A stretch of DNA of 64,000 nucleotides from Gaiellales bacterium (lineage in GTDB: Bacteria > Actinomycetota > Thermoleophilia > Gaiellales > F1-60-MAGs149): assembly GCA_964203045.1 (NCBI GenBank), contig CAXNKU010000002.1:131855-195854 (forward strand). Direction: 5' to 3'. Numbering within the stretch: the stretch's first letter is position 1; every line of letters begins with the position of its first letter. Below the pieces are notes generated by a model. The model saw only the letters and a program-made list of their open reading frames with translations, ran no database searches and was not told the origin of the DNA. A program made the position numbers and the translations under genes. Below are positions 46,881 through 56,803 of the stretch, piece after piece.

Positions 46881-48302
46881 GTGACACCGCCTCTGCTTCC
46901 CGGACTGTCGCGTGCCTCGCTCGAGATTGCGGGCGAACGCCTCGACGGTGACGACCTGGCCGGTGCAGTGGGTGCGGTTGCCGCGTCGCTTGCCGGTAAG
47001 ACTCGCGTTGCGCTTTGGTGCACGTCCGAGCTTGCAATCGGGCTCGGCATCGCTGGTGCACTCGTAGCCGGCGTGACGGTCGTGCCACTCAACCCTGCGT
47101 CGGGCGAGACCGAGGTTGCGCACGAGACGGGTGACAGCGCACCTGAGGCCGTCCTCGTCTCGGCGACAGCCGAGCTGCCTGCCGCGCTCGACTGGCTGCC
47201 GAGGATCGTGGTCGACCCAACGGCCCGAGCGCCACTCCCCACCGGTGAACCCGACGCGGATCTGCCAGCACTGATCGTCTACACCTCGGGCACGACGGGC
47301 CTCCCAAAAGGCGTCGTGCTGTCGCGCCGTGCGATCGCCGCGAACCTGTCCGCTCTTGCCGATGCGTGGGCCTGGACGGAGGCGGACATCGTCGCGCAGG
47401 CGCTGCCGCTGTTCCACGTCCACGGACTCGTACTCGGTCTGCTCGGACCGCTGCGTTTAGGTGGCGGGGTGCGCCACGTGGGGCGCTTTACGCCTGAGGC
47501 CATCGCGGCCGCACTCGCAGACGACGCGACGATGCTGTTTGCCGTGCCGACGATGCATGGCCGTCTGCTCGCAGCCGCCGAGGCCGACTCGGCGATTGCC
47601 GATGCACTGCGCGGGGCACGTCTGATCGTCTCGGGCTCGGCGGCACTACCCGCCCGCGTCCACGAGGCCTATACCGCCGCAACGGGCCAAAAGATCGTCG
47701 AGCGTTACGGCATGAGCGAGGCGCTGATGATCGCCAGCGCACGCCACGATGGCCCGCGCATTCCGGGTGCCGTCGGTACCGCGCTACCGGGTGTCGAATT
47801 GCGCATCACCGACGACGCCGGCGACATACTCCCCGTCGGCGACCCAGAAGTGATCGGCAATGTCGAATTGCGCAGTGCCGCGTTGTTTGACGCGTACCTC
47901 GGCAATCCGACGGCAACTGCAGAGTCCTTCCGCGACGGCTGGTTTCGTACCGGCGACGTTGGCTCGCTGGACCACGACGGCGTGCTTCGGTTGGCGGGTC
48001 GAAGCTCGACCGACCTGATCAAGACGGGTGGCTATCGCGTTGGCGCCGGAGAGATCGAGGCCGCCTTGCTCGAACACCCGGATGTGGTCGAGGCCGCCGT
48101 CCTCGGCATTCCTGACGACGACCTCGGCGAACGCATTGCCGCGTGGGTCGTTGTTGCACCGGGCAGCGATCTGACAGACGATGTACTTGTGGATCACGTC
48201 GCCAGCCAGCTCGCCCCGCACAAGCGCCCTCGCGTGATTACGTGGATTGACGAGCTGCCGCGCAACGCGCTCGGCAAGGTACAGAAGAAGCGTCTCGTGT
48301 GA
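46881..48302 (+). CDS. AMP-dependent acyl-CoA synthetase/ligase
   Basis: 473 aa with the AMP-binding signature LIVYTSGTTGLPKGVVL, a later GYRVGAGEIE motif and a C-terminal LGKVQKK. Confidence 0.85.
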   Translation: MTPPLLPGLSRASLEIAGERLDGDDLAGAVGAVAASLAGKTRVALWCTSELAIGLGIAGALVAGVTVVPLNPASGETEVAHETGDSAPEAVLVSATAELPAALDWLPRIVVDPTARAPLPTGEPDADLPALIVYTSGTTGLPKGVVLSRRAIAANLSALADAWAWTEADIVAQALPLFHVHGLVLGLLGPLRLGGGVRHVGRFTPEAIAAALADDATMLFAVPTMHGRLLAAAEADSAIADALRGARLIVSGSAALPARVHEAYTAATGQKIVERYGMSEALMIASARHDGPRIPGAVGTALPGVELRITDDAGDILPVGDPEVIGNVELRSAALFDAYLGNPTATAESFRDGWFRTGDVGSLDHDGVLRLAGRSSTDLIKTGGYRVGAGEIEAALLEHPDVVEAAVLGIPDDDLGERIAAWVVVAPGSDLTDDVLVDHVASQLAPHKRPRVITWIDELPRNALGKVQKKRLV

Positions 48303-50396
48303 TGAGCAGCAGGCGCCGACGCGATACACCCCTGCTCCATCTCCACACGTACATCCGCGCGCTGATTAGCATCGTGATCTCGACCGCCACGCTCTATTTC
48401 GCGTCCGCGATCTTGCCTGGCCTCGACATCGAAGACCCATTCCGAGCGGTCGTTGCGGCAATCGCGATCTCGGTGGCGAACGCCCTGCTCTGGCCCCTGC
48501 TGATTCGCTTCGCCTTGCCCGTCGCCGTTTTGACCCTCGGCCTGGCCGGCTTCATCATCAATGCTGCTTTGGTCTGGGCCATCGTCAACCTGATTGAGGG
48601 CATCGATGTCACTAGCTTCTGGACGGCCATGATCGTGGCTTTCATGTTGACCCTGACCAACACGATCGTGACCAGCCTGTTCGGGATCGATGACGACGAT
48701 TTCTACTACCGCAATGTGATCCGACGCCAGGCGCGCAAGCACGCGGATGCATCGCTGAGCGAGGCGGTACCCGGCATCTTGTTCCTCGAAATTGACGGCC
48801 TCGCCGAGCCTGTCATGCGCCGTGCCATCCGCGACGGCAATGTGCCCGAACTTGCGCGCTGGCTCCGCTCCGGAAGCCATCGGCTTGAGGGCTGGGAGTG
48901 CGACTGGTCGTCGCAGACAAGCGCCAGCCAGTCGGGCATCCTGCACGGCTCGAACGAGGACATCCCGGCCTTCCGCTGGTTCGAGAAGGAGACCGGCACC
49001 TTCGTCGTCTCCAACCATCCGGGCGGTGCTGCCGAGATCGAGCGGCGACATTCCGATGGTCGTGGTCTGTTGGCAGGCGGTGGTGCCAGTCGCGGCAACC
49101 TCGTGACGGGCGATGCCGAGCACACGAGTTTTACGATCTCCGCACTCCACGCACGACCAACGCGTGGCAAGGATTACTACGCCTACTTTGCCAACCCGTA
49201 CACCGTCTTCCGCACCTTTATTCTGAGCATGCTCGACATTGGGCGCGAGCTGTATGCGGCGGCTCAGCAGATCCGTCGCGACGTCGTTCCACGCGTGCAC
49301 CGCGGCTTTCGCTATTCGCTGCTGCGGGCCGTAACCGTCGTGATCCTCCGCGACATCGCTGTACAGACCGTGATTGCCGATGCCTACGCTGGCCGGCCGG
49401 TCGTCTATTCCACCTTCGTCGGCTACGACGAGGTTGCCCACCACTCTGGTATCGAGCGCTACGACGCGTTAGACGTGCTGCGCGGGATTGACCAGGCGTT
49501 CGGTCGGATCACGCATGCGGCCGAGACAGCAGACCGCCCGTATCACGTCGTCGTCCTCTCCGACCATGGCCAGAGCCAGGGCGCGACCTTCCTCTCGAAG
49601 TACGACATCACACTCGAAGGCCTCGTCCATGGCGCCTGTGAGGCCGCCGTGATGGAGAACCCCTTCGGCTCGGACGAGGCTTGGGGCCAACTGAGCGCAG
49701 CAGTCTCGGAGCTCGTTATCCGCAAGGGCTCTGTGCTGGAGCGCATCACACACGGCCATGACAGTGGCGACGCAATCGTGTTGGGGCCTGGCCACGAGTT
49801 GGCGAGTAGCAATGGCGCCGAGGGGATTCGCGAGCTGATCAAGGTGCTCGCCTCCGGCAGCCTTGGCCTGATCTACCTCGACGCCGAGCCTGGCCGGCGC
49901 ACGCTCGAGCAGATCAACGCGACCTTCCCACACCTGATTTCTCGGCTCGTCAAGCACAAGGGCATCGGCTTTGTCCTCGTGCTCTCCGAGCAGGATGGTC
50001 GCGCTCGCAATCGGCGCGCACGGCGTCCACCACCTCGAGAGCGGACGCATCGAAGGTATCGATCCATTGCTGCCGTTCGGACCGAACGCCGCCCGACATG
50101 TGCTGCGCACCAGCGGCTTTGCGCATGTCGCAGACATCATGGTCAACGCCTCGTTCGATGAGCAGACCTGCGAGATCGGCGCCTTTGAGGAACTCGTCGG
50201 CTCGCACGGCGGGCTCGGTGGCGAGCAGATGCACCCGTTCGTCCTCTTCCCCTCCGAGTTTCCCTGGCCCGAGGAGCCGGTCGTCAGCGCCGAGCACCTC
50301 CACCGCGTTCTCGTCGGCTGGCTGCACGATCTCGGCCACGACGTTGCGCGCGTCAAGCATCTCGAGCGGCTGCAGGAGGAAGCGGCCACTTCGTGA
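48299..50396 (+). pseudogene. phage-holin-4-like 4-TM domain fused to alkaline-phosphatase/nucleotide-pyrophosphatase-family domain, frameshifted near 49990-49998
   Basis: The first 565 aa or so run in frame 48299 up to ...GIGFVLVLSEQDG, then turn into Arg-rich nonsense. A sensible continuation (VALAIGAHGVHHLESGRIEG...GSHGGLGGEQMHPFVLFP...) lies in the frame of ORF 49971..50396. Confidence 0.7.
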
Positions 50397-51148
50397 GTAC
50401 GGGTGCGCATGTAGGGCGTGACCACCTGACGTGGATCGGCCATGGCACGGTGCTGATTGCGATGGGTGGTACGCGCGTGCTCGTCGATCCAATCCTGCGG
50501 CCGCGCGTGATGCACCTCAAACGCTTTCATCCGATCCCGAAACACGCGCTGCGCTCGCTCGACGCGATCATGATCACGCACCTGCACCACGACCATCTCG
50601 ACCCACCATCGCTCGAGAGCCTCGGCAAGGACCTGCCGATCATCATGCCTGCGGGCTCCGCGCAGCTGTTGCGCCGTAAGCGCTTTACGCGCGTGATCGA
50701 AATTGCTGAGGGCGAGCGCATCCAGATCGGAGCCCTCAAGGCGACGGCGACCCACGCCGATCATCCCTCGAAGCGCGATCACCCGCTGAGTGGGTCGGCC
50801 GATCCACTGGGCTTTCTCTTTGAGGGCTCAAAGCGCATCTACGTCGCGGGCGATACCGACCTGTTTGAGGAGATGGAGCTGCTCGGACCCGTCGACTACG
50901 CCTGTCTGCCCATCACTGGCTGGGGGCCGGGCCTCGGGCCGGGCCACCTGGACCCCGAGCGCGCCGCCGAGGCGGCCCGCCGCTTGCAGGCAAAGGTCGC
51001 GATTCCAATCCACTGGGGCACGCTCTGGCCGATCGGACTCGGCAAGCCGCCCCGCGAGCCGGCCGACGAGTTCGTCGAACAGTGCGCGCGCGTTGCGCCC
51101 GACAGTGAGGCGCGACTGCTCGAGCCTGGCTCGACGGTCGAGTTCTAA
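50393..51148 (+). CDS. MBL-fold metallo-hydrolase
   Basis: 251 aa with the HxHxDH motif (THLHHDHLD). Its GTG overlaps the upstream TGA. Confidence 0.8.
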   Translation: MSTGAHVGRDHLTWIGHGTVLIAMGGTRVLVDPILRPRVMHLKRFHPIPKHALRSLDAIMITHLHHDHLDPPSLESLGKDLPIIMPAGSAQLLRRKRFTRVIEIAEGERIQIGALKATATHADHPSKRDHPLSGSADPLGFLFEGSKRIYVAGDTDLFEEMELLGPVDYACLPITGWGPGLGPGHLDPERAAEAARRLQAKVAIPIHWGTLWPIGLGKPPREPADEFVEQCARVAPDSEARLLEPGSTVEF

Positions 51149-51161
51149 GCCCCGACCACGC

Positions 51162-53570
51162 TCAGACGAGTCGTTGCAATTCGATCTCGGTCAGACCCGG
51201 ATTGGCACTGCGTAGCGCCTGCACCTGCTCGGGATGGCAGGTGAAGTACAGGACCTGATGCCGCGTGGCGAGATCGGCGATAACCGCGGCTGCGCCCACA
51301 CGGCGCTCGGGGTCGAGGTGCGTGAGGACGTCGTCCATCAGGACCGGTAGCTCGGCACCACCATCGTCGTGTAGCTCGTCGACGAGGCCCGCGCGCAGGC
51401 AGAGATAGACGAGACCAACCGTGCCCTCCGAGAGTTCGGTAAAGGGCGTTGCAGTCCCGTCGGCGGCGATGATCTCGGAGCGTGCGCCCGCCTTCTCGCC
51501 ATCGGGCATCCGGACGGAGACCCACGAACCATTCGTTGCCGTCTCAATCTGCCGTGCTGCGCGTGCGAAGACGCCGGGCTGGTGCTCGGCGACGAAGCGA
51601 TCGCGAGCGCTTTCGACCAGATCGTGAGCAAGCTGAAGCGTCAGCCACTGATCTGCCACCGTTCGCAGATCGGCCTCAGCATCGGCAGCGGCCTGGGCGA
51701 GCGAGGCGAGGTCGGAGGAATCCTCGGCATTGGCGAGGAGGGCGCGGGTGCCGCCGCGCGCCTCGAGTGCCGCCGCGTGCTCCTCGCTCGCAGCAGCGAC
51801 CTCCTGCTCCAGCACCGTGCGTTGTGCGTCGGTGAGTTCTAGGTCGAGCGCCTGTGCAGCAGCCACTAGTGCCTCGTCGTCCAGTGACAACTCGTCGACT
51901 CGTCGCTGCGCAAGTGCCTGCCGATCCTGCCACGCCTGCAGCTCGTTGCGGCCGGCCGCGGCCTGCGTGCGCCGCTCCTCTAGTTGGTGCAGCGTTCGAT
52001 CGATCGTGTCGCGCAACTGGCCGAGTTCGGTCGGGGGTTCAACACCGCTGGCCGTCAGTGCAGCCGCCGCCCGCGCAGCGATTTCGACTGCAGACGCAGT
52101 CTCCGTCTCGGCGAGTGCCCCAGCGCGAGCCGCTGCCTGCTCGGCGGTCCGAATCGTCGCGAGCGTCGTCAGAATGTCGTCGAGTTGATCGATGCGAAGC
52201 TCGCCCGAGAGACCGAGCCCGCCGAGGGCCCCGCACCAGGCAGCGCGAGCCTGCTCGGCCAGCGCCTCGGCCTGCTCAGCGGCTGGTCGCTGCTGATCAC
52301 TTGCCGTTGCCATATCCGTCGAGCGTCCCGTGCGCGAACTGCCAATCAAGCCGCCAAGCAGGGCCGCACCAACGGCGACGCCAAGGATGCCACCGAGGAT
52401 CATGGCGGTGATACTGATCGCCCAACCGGCACCGATCGCGAGCAGGCTGATGACGATCAGGGCCGCACCAAGCCCGCGCCGTGGCGTCGTCGAGGTCTGC
52501 TCGGCGACAACAGGTACGTGGACAGCGATTGTGCGAGCGGCATCGCCAAGTCGGGTGGCCTCACGCTCTGCCTCGCGGACGGTCTCGGCTGCCGTTCTCA
52601 GCGCCGCCTCGTCACCAAGTGCAGGCACTGCAGCTGCAGCCAAGCCGAGATGGCTACGCCCGGCCTGCGCCCGTGCGCCCTCGTCGGCACCATCGCTGAG
52701 CAGTTGCTCGGCGCGGCGCCTAGCCTCGACTGCCGTTGGCACATCGCCCAGCAGCGCCCGGAAGGTGCTCAACGTATCGGCGGTCGGCTCTTCCACGCCT
52801 CCGTCCACAGGTGCCTCAAGCGCGCTGAGTGCACGCAGTGCTTCGCGCAGTTCGAGCAACCGTTCGAGCCGTTGCAACTCGCGTGTGGCGACAACCAACT
52901 GTTCGTGTGCAGCGTCGACGCGCTGTTCGGCTTCGGCAATCGCATCGCTCGAACGCTCGACCGTGCCGGCCTCCCGTTCGGCATCGCGCAATGCTCGCCG
53001 TGCGGCCGTCGCCTGCTTTAGTGCATGCGCGTACGGCTGCTTCTCGCCCTGCCGTAGGTAGAGCGCATCGGCCCGCTTTTGCAACCCCTCGAGCACCGGG
53101 CCAGCCCCCGCGCCGCCGCCGAGCACCGCCGAGGCGAGCACGCCAGCCCGCACCGAGGGGTCGTCAAGCAACCCCATCCAGGCAAGATCCTTGGCATCGA
53201 AGGTCTGCACGCGATCGAACAGTTCCGCGCTGGCAATGCCAAGGGCATGCGCAAACGCGGCATCGCCCACCGGCACGCCTTCATGGTCTGTCACCGTCAG
53301 CGACGAGCCCGCACGCTCGATCCGCAATCGGCGACCATCGTCCGTGACGATGTCGATGCGCCCCGCACGCTGGCCGCCGCCCTTCGGCTCGCGCCGCGGG
53401 CCCTCGCCCTGCAGGCGCGGAAAGCCAAACAGCACCCCGCGGATCAATTGCATGGTCGAGCTTTTGCCCGACTCGTTCGGTCCATGGATGACGGTCAGGC
53501 CCGGCTCGGGCTCGACCACGCGTCCGGCAATGGCGCCGTAGGCGATCGCCTCGATGCGCGCGATCCTCAT
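51162..53570 (-). CDS. AAA/SMC-like ATPase (YhaN / SbcC-like)
   Basis: 802 aa with an N-terminal Walker A (HGPNESGKSS), a long Ala/Glu/Arg-rich coiled-coil with central TM-like helices, and C-terminal signature/Walker B blocks (LSEGT...LVYLCLR; PVLMDDV). Confidence 0.75.
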   Translation of the reverse strand: MRIARIEAIAYGAIAGRVVEPEPGLTVIHGPNESGKSSTMQLIRGVLFGFPRLQGEGPRREPKGGGQRAGRIDIVTDDGRRLRIERAGSSLTVTDHEGVPVGDAAFAHALGIASAELFDRVQTFDAKDLAWMGLLDDPSVRAGVLASAVLGGGAGAGPVLEGLQKRADALYLRQGEKQPYAHALKQATAARRALRDAEREAGTVERSSDAIAEAEQRVDAAHEQLVVATRELQRLERLLELREALRALSALEAPVDGGVEEPTADTLSTFRALLGDVPTAVEARRRAEQLLSDGADEGARAQAGRSHLGLAAAAVPALGDEAALRTAAETVREAEREATRLGDAARTIAVHVPVVAEQTSTTPRRGLGAALIVISLLAIGAGWAISITAMILGGILGVAVGAALLGGLIGSSRTGRSTDMATASDQQRPAAEQAEALAEQARAAWCGALGGLGLSGELRIDQLDDILTTLATIRTAEQAAARAGALAETETASAVEIAARAAAALTASGVEPPTELGQLRDTIDRTLHQLEERRTQAAAGRNELQAWQDRQALAQRRVDELSLDDEALVAAAQALDLELTDAQRTVLEQEVAAASEEHAAALEARGGTRALLANAEDSSDLASLAQAAADAEADLRTVADQWLTLQLAHDLVESARDRFVAEHQPGVFARAARQIETATNGSWVSVRMPDGEKAGARSEIIAADGTATPFTELSEGTVGLVYLCLRAGLVDELHDDGGAELPVLMDDVLTHLDPERRVGAAAVIADLATRHQVLYFTCHPEQVQALRSANPGLTEIELQRLV

Positions 53571-54812
53571 GCTGCGCCGCCCTGCTCGAGCAATAGACCA
53601 AGCGCGAGATCACGCGCGACAGCGAGTCGCGTTTCGGGGTCCTCTGTGGCCAGCCCGACGAGCGCACTGTCGGTAAACGATGCAGTGAGTCCCTCGAGCA
53701 GCTGCTCCGCTGCCGCGGGATCTGCCGCAAGCTCGTCAAATACGGCCAGTACCTCGGCCGCGAAGGCATTTGACTGCCGCAAGTCGTCGAGCTCGACAGC
53801 GGGGCCAGCCGTTGAGGCAATCCGCTCCCAGACGAGCTCGGCGTCCTCCTGATCGTCGAGAGCGCTGCGCAGCCCGGCGAGATAGTCGTCGCGTACGAGC
53901 ACCTCATGGAGTGGCCCCCTGCCCGTCAACGTGACGCGCAGGAGCACGAGTCGACCTTCGGCTGCTGCCACGATAGTCGCGGCCCGCTGGCGCAATTCGC
54001 GCTCAAGCGCGGCCTCATCGTCTAGCTCGTCAATCGCAACGTCGATCGCCTCAAAGCGCACGCGGTCCAACTCGACGCGGCGATGGTTCAGTACGCGATC
54101 GCCGTCAAATTCGACGACAACGGCTCCGTGCGGGCCGCGCTCGCCCAGACTTCGGCGATCGACCTTGCAGCGTGCCGGCGTAGACGATCGGCGGCTCGGC
54201 ATTCTCTTCGGAGTAGGCATGGATGTGGCCAAGCGCCCAGTAGTCCATCCGCGCGGCGACGAGATCGCCCACGCTGCAGGGCGCGTAGTGGCCATGACCT
54301 TCGCGCTCGCCCAGTGAGCAGTGCAAGACACCAATGTGCAGACCTGGCGCGTCGCCACGCTCGAAGGCCAAAGCCAGGTTGTCCGTCACCTCACGCTTGC
54401 CGAACGACACGCCATGGACCGTCACGGGACCCGTGGGGCCCTCGAACGTCTCGCTGGTCGGCACGTCCTTGCGAAAGACGGTCACACCCTCCAACCCCTG
54501 CAGCGGCGAGCGGCCACTGAGCGGGTCGTGATTGCCATGGATCGCAAAGACACGGATGCCGGCCGCGTGCAGGCGTTCGATGCCCCGCCGGACACGCGAA
54601 CGCCCACGGGGCGTCCCGTCGGCACGATCAAAGAGGTCACCGGCCAAGACCAGAAACGCTGCGTCCTCGTCGAGACAGCAGTCGATCAGCGCATCCCAAG
54701 CGTCGAGCGACGCGTCGCGCATGACGTCGTCCAAACCCTCACGCAGCGTCCCGATGCCCACGAAGGGACTATCGAGATGGAGGTCGGCGGCGTGGATGAA
54801 GCGGTTGCTCAT
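53567..54812 (-). pseudogene. calcineurin-like metallophosphoesterase, DNA-repair exonuclease (YhaO / SbcD-like), frameshifted at a C3 run (54144-54146)
   Basis: The N-terminal part (MSNRFIHAADLHLD...GNHD...GHIH...PPIVYAGTLQGRSPKSG) is in the frame of ORF 54105..54812. The continuation (ERGPHGAVVVEFDGD...) is in the frame of ORF 53567..54358. Removing one G from TCTGGGCGA restores one ORF of about 415 aa. Confidence 0.8.
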
Positions 54813-54825
54813 GCGAAGGGATCGG

Positions 54826-54863
54826 GCGGGAGGCCGATGCGACTGTTGTCGCGGGCCTCCCGC
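54826..54863 (-). terminator. hairpin downstream of the hdeD-like gene
   Basis: GCGGGAGGCC ... GGCCTCCCGC, a 10-bp GC stem with an 18-nt loop and no U-tract. Confidence 0.3.
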
Positions 54864-54901
54864 CGAACCTTACGCACACACCCGGCTTGCGCCGCGGAAA
54901 C

Positions 54902-55486
54902 CTACGAGTTAGAGCCGGACTCGGCGAGCTGCTTGCCCGCCATTGCCGTTGCAATCAAAGCAATTCCGTCGAACAGGAGCTGGATGCCGACGAGCAGGCC
55001 AATCGCCCATGCGGCCGACGATGGAAGATCGCCAATCACGAGCACGGCGATCAGGATCGAGAGCACACCGTTGATAATCGTCCACCCAGCATTCGGGACC
55101 TTGCCACGCGACGCGATACCAGCGATCAGGCGTAGCACGCCGATCAGGAGGAAGAAGATCGCGAGGATCCACGTCAACGTGATCGTGCCCGAGACGGGAT
55201 TGATGATCAGCCAGACGCCAGCAAAGACGTACAACACGGCGAGCAAAGCACTCCAAATGCGATGCCCTGTCGAGCCACGCGAGATTGCTTCAGCAACGAA
55301 CGCTACGGCACCAATCAACAGCAGAATGCCGACGAGGTACGTGATCGTCACGGAGGCCAGCGGCGGCACGATGATCGCGATCGCGCCAAGCACAACCGAG
55401 ATGATGCCCGCCGTCAGCAGCAGCTTCCAGCTCTTTCCGAGCGCGGTCTTGATTTCGGGGGGGAGCCCCGGCATGGCAGCGGACAT
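54902..55486 (-). CDS. HdeD/DUF308-family membrane protein
   Basis: 194 aa with six helices in the repeating DUF308 pattern (GIISVVLGAIAI..., GILLLIGAVAFV...). Confidence 0.75.
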   Translation of the reverse strand: MSAAMPGLPPEIKTALGKSWKLLLTAGIISVVLGAIAIIVPPLASVTITYLVGILLLIGAVAFVAEAISRGSTGHRIWSALLAVLYVFAGVWLIINPVSGTITLTWILAIFFLLIGVLRLIAGIASRGKVPNAGWTIINGVLSILIAVLVIGDLPSSAAWAIGLLVGIQLLFDGIALIATAMAGKQLAESGSNS

Positions 55487-55562
55487 GGTGCCTCCAATAA
55501 ATGACTACCGCCGCGATGTACGCTCAGGGGCGCGTAAATCCTGCCGACGCTACGGTTCCACC

Positions 55563-56141
55563 ATGCGTCACGTACCCGACAGCCTCGCCCAAAACCGCGC
55601 CCTCCTGCTCGTCGTCGATGTGCAAGAGAAGTTTCGACCGCACATCGCTGGCTGGGACGCGATGGTCGCTCACGTCGATGCATTGATCAGAGGTTGTGTC
55701 GCACTCGACGTGCCGATCATCGTCACCGAGCAGTACCCGAAGGGCCTCGGCAATACGATCGAAGAACTCGCTGAGGGGCTGACCGGTGTGGAGCCGATCG
55801 AGAAGCGCGCGTTCTCGTCGCTCGGCGCGCCCGAAGTCGTCGCGCAGCTCGACCAGTTTGGCCGCGACCAAATCATTGTCTGTGGCATCGAGGCGCACGT
55901 CTGCGTGCAGCAATCCGTTGCCGACATTCTCCGCGGTGGTCGCCAGGCACACGTCGCACTCGACGCGATCGCGAGCCGCACAGTGTCGAGTCGCGAGGTT
56001 GGCGTCCGGCGCATGCGCGCGGCTGGCATGGTGCCGAGTGGTGTCGAGCTCGCATTGTTCGAGATGATGGTCAGCGCCGACCACCCGCAGTTCAAGACCA
56101 TCTCCGGCCTCGTCCGCGACCTCCCCCAATCTTTCTCCTGA
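55563..56141 (+). CDS. isochorismatase-family cysteine hydrolase
   Basis: 192 aa from ATG 55563. Blocks LLVVDVQEKF ... IIVTEQYPKGLG ... IIVCGIEAHVCV. The rest of the 606-aa ORF upstream is antisense to other genes. Confidence 0.8.
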   Translation: MRHVPDSLAQNRALLLVVDVQEKFRPHIAGWDAMVAHVDALIRGCVALDVPIIVTEQYPKGLGNTIEELAEGLTGVEPIEKRAFSSLGAPEVVAQLDQFGRDQIIVCGIEAHVCVQQSVADILRGGRQAHVALDAIASRTVSSREVGVRRMRAAGMVPSGVELALFEMMVSADHPQFKTISGLVRDLPQSFS

Positions 56142-56151
56142 GGAGCCCGCC

Positions 56152-56802
56152 TTGAGCCTGACCCTTCATACCCACCGCTTCTCGTCGAATGGTCAGAAGG
56201 CGCAGCTGATGCTCGACACCGTGGGCCTCGACTACGCCGTGCGTGAGGTGCCATTCGAGGCCGAGCGCGCCGACTGGCACGTTGCCGTCAATCCGATGGG
56301 CGGCATCCCCGCCCTCGTCGACGGCGACTTTCACCTCGCCGAGTCGAACACGATCTTGCGCTACCTCGCCGACCGTGAAGGCCGCGAGGACCTCTACCCG
56401 CGCGATCCCAAGGAGCGCGCCACGATCGATTGGATCCTCGACCTGTGGGCACTGGTCGTCCGCCCCGCACTCTTCTCATACGAGTCCGCACAGTACGGGA
56501 TCGTGATTGGCGTCGGCATGTTCGCCAAAGATGCGGCGCCCGAGGCAGAGGTGCAGGAGAAGTTCGACCGGGCCGTGCCGAAGCTCAACCAGGCTATGCA
56601 GATCCTGGACCCCGTCGGCCCTTGGGCGTGCCTCGGGCACCGCACGATCGCCGATATTGCAGCGACGCCCGTGCTGCATCGCATCGTCCACGCCCCCGTC
56701 GACCTGAGCCAGGTCCCGCGGATGCAGACGTGGGCCGAGGCGTGCCTCGCCACGCCGGAATGGCAGGCGCTGATCCCAACCTGCGGTGTGCCGAACCGCT
56801 AG
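56152..56802 (+). CDS. glutathione S-transferase-family protein
   Basis: 216 aa with a TTG start 6 nt after GAGGAG, a thioredoxin-like N-domain (GGIPALVDGDFHLAESNTILRYL) and a helical C-domain. Confidence 0.75.
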   Translation: MSLTLHTHRFSSNGQKAQLMLDTVGLDYAVREVPFEAERADWHVAVNPMGGIPALVDGDFHLAESNTILRYLADREGREDLYPRDPKERATIDWILDLWALVVRPALFSYESAQYGIVIGVGMFAKDAAPEAEVQEKFDRAVPKLNQAMQILDPVGPWACLGHRTIADIAATPVLHRIVHAPVDLSQVPRMQTWAEACLATPEWQALIPTCGVPNR

Positions 56803-56803
56803 C

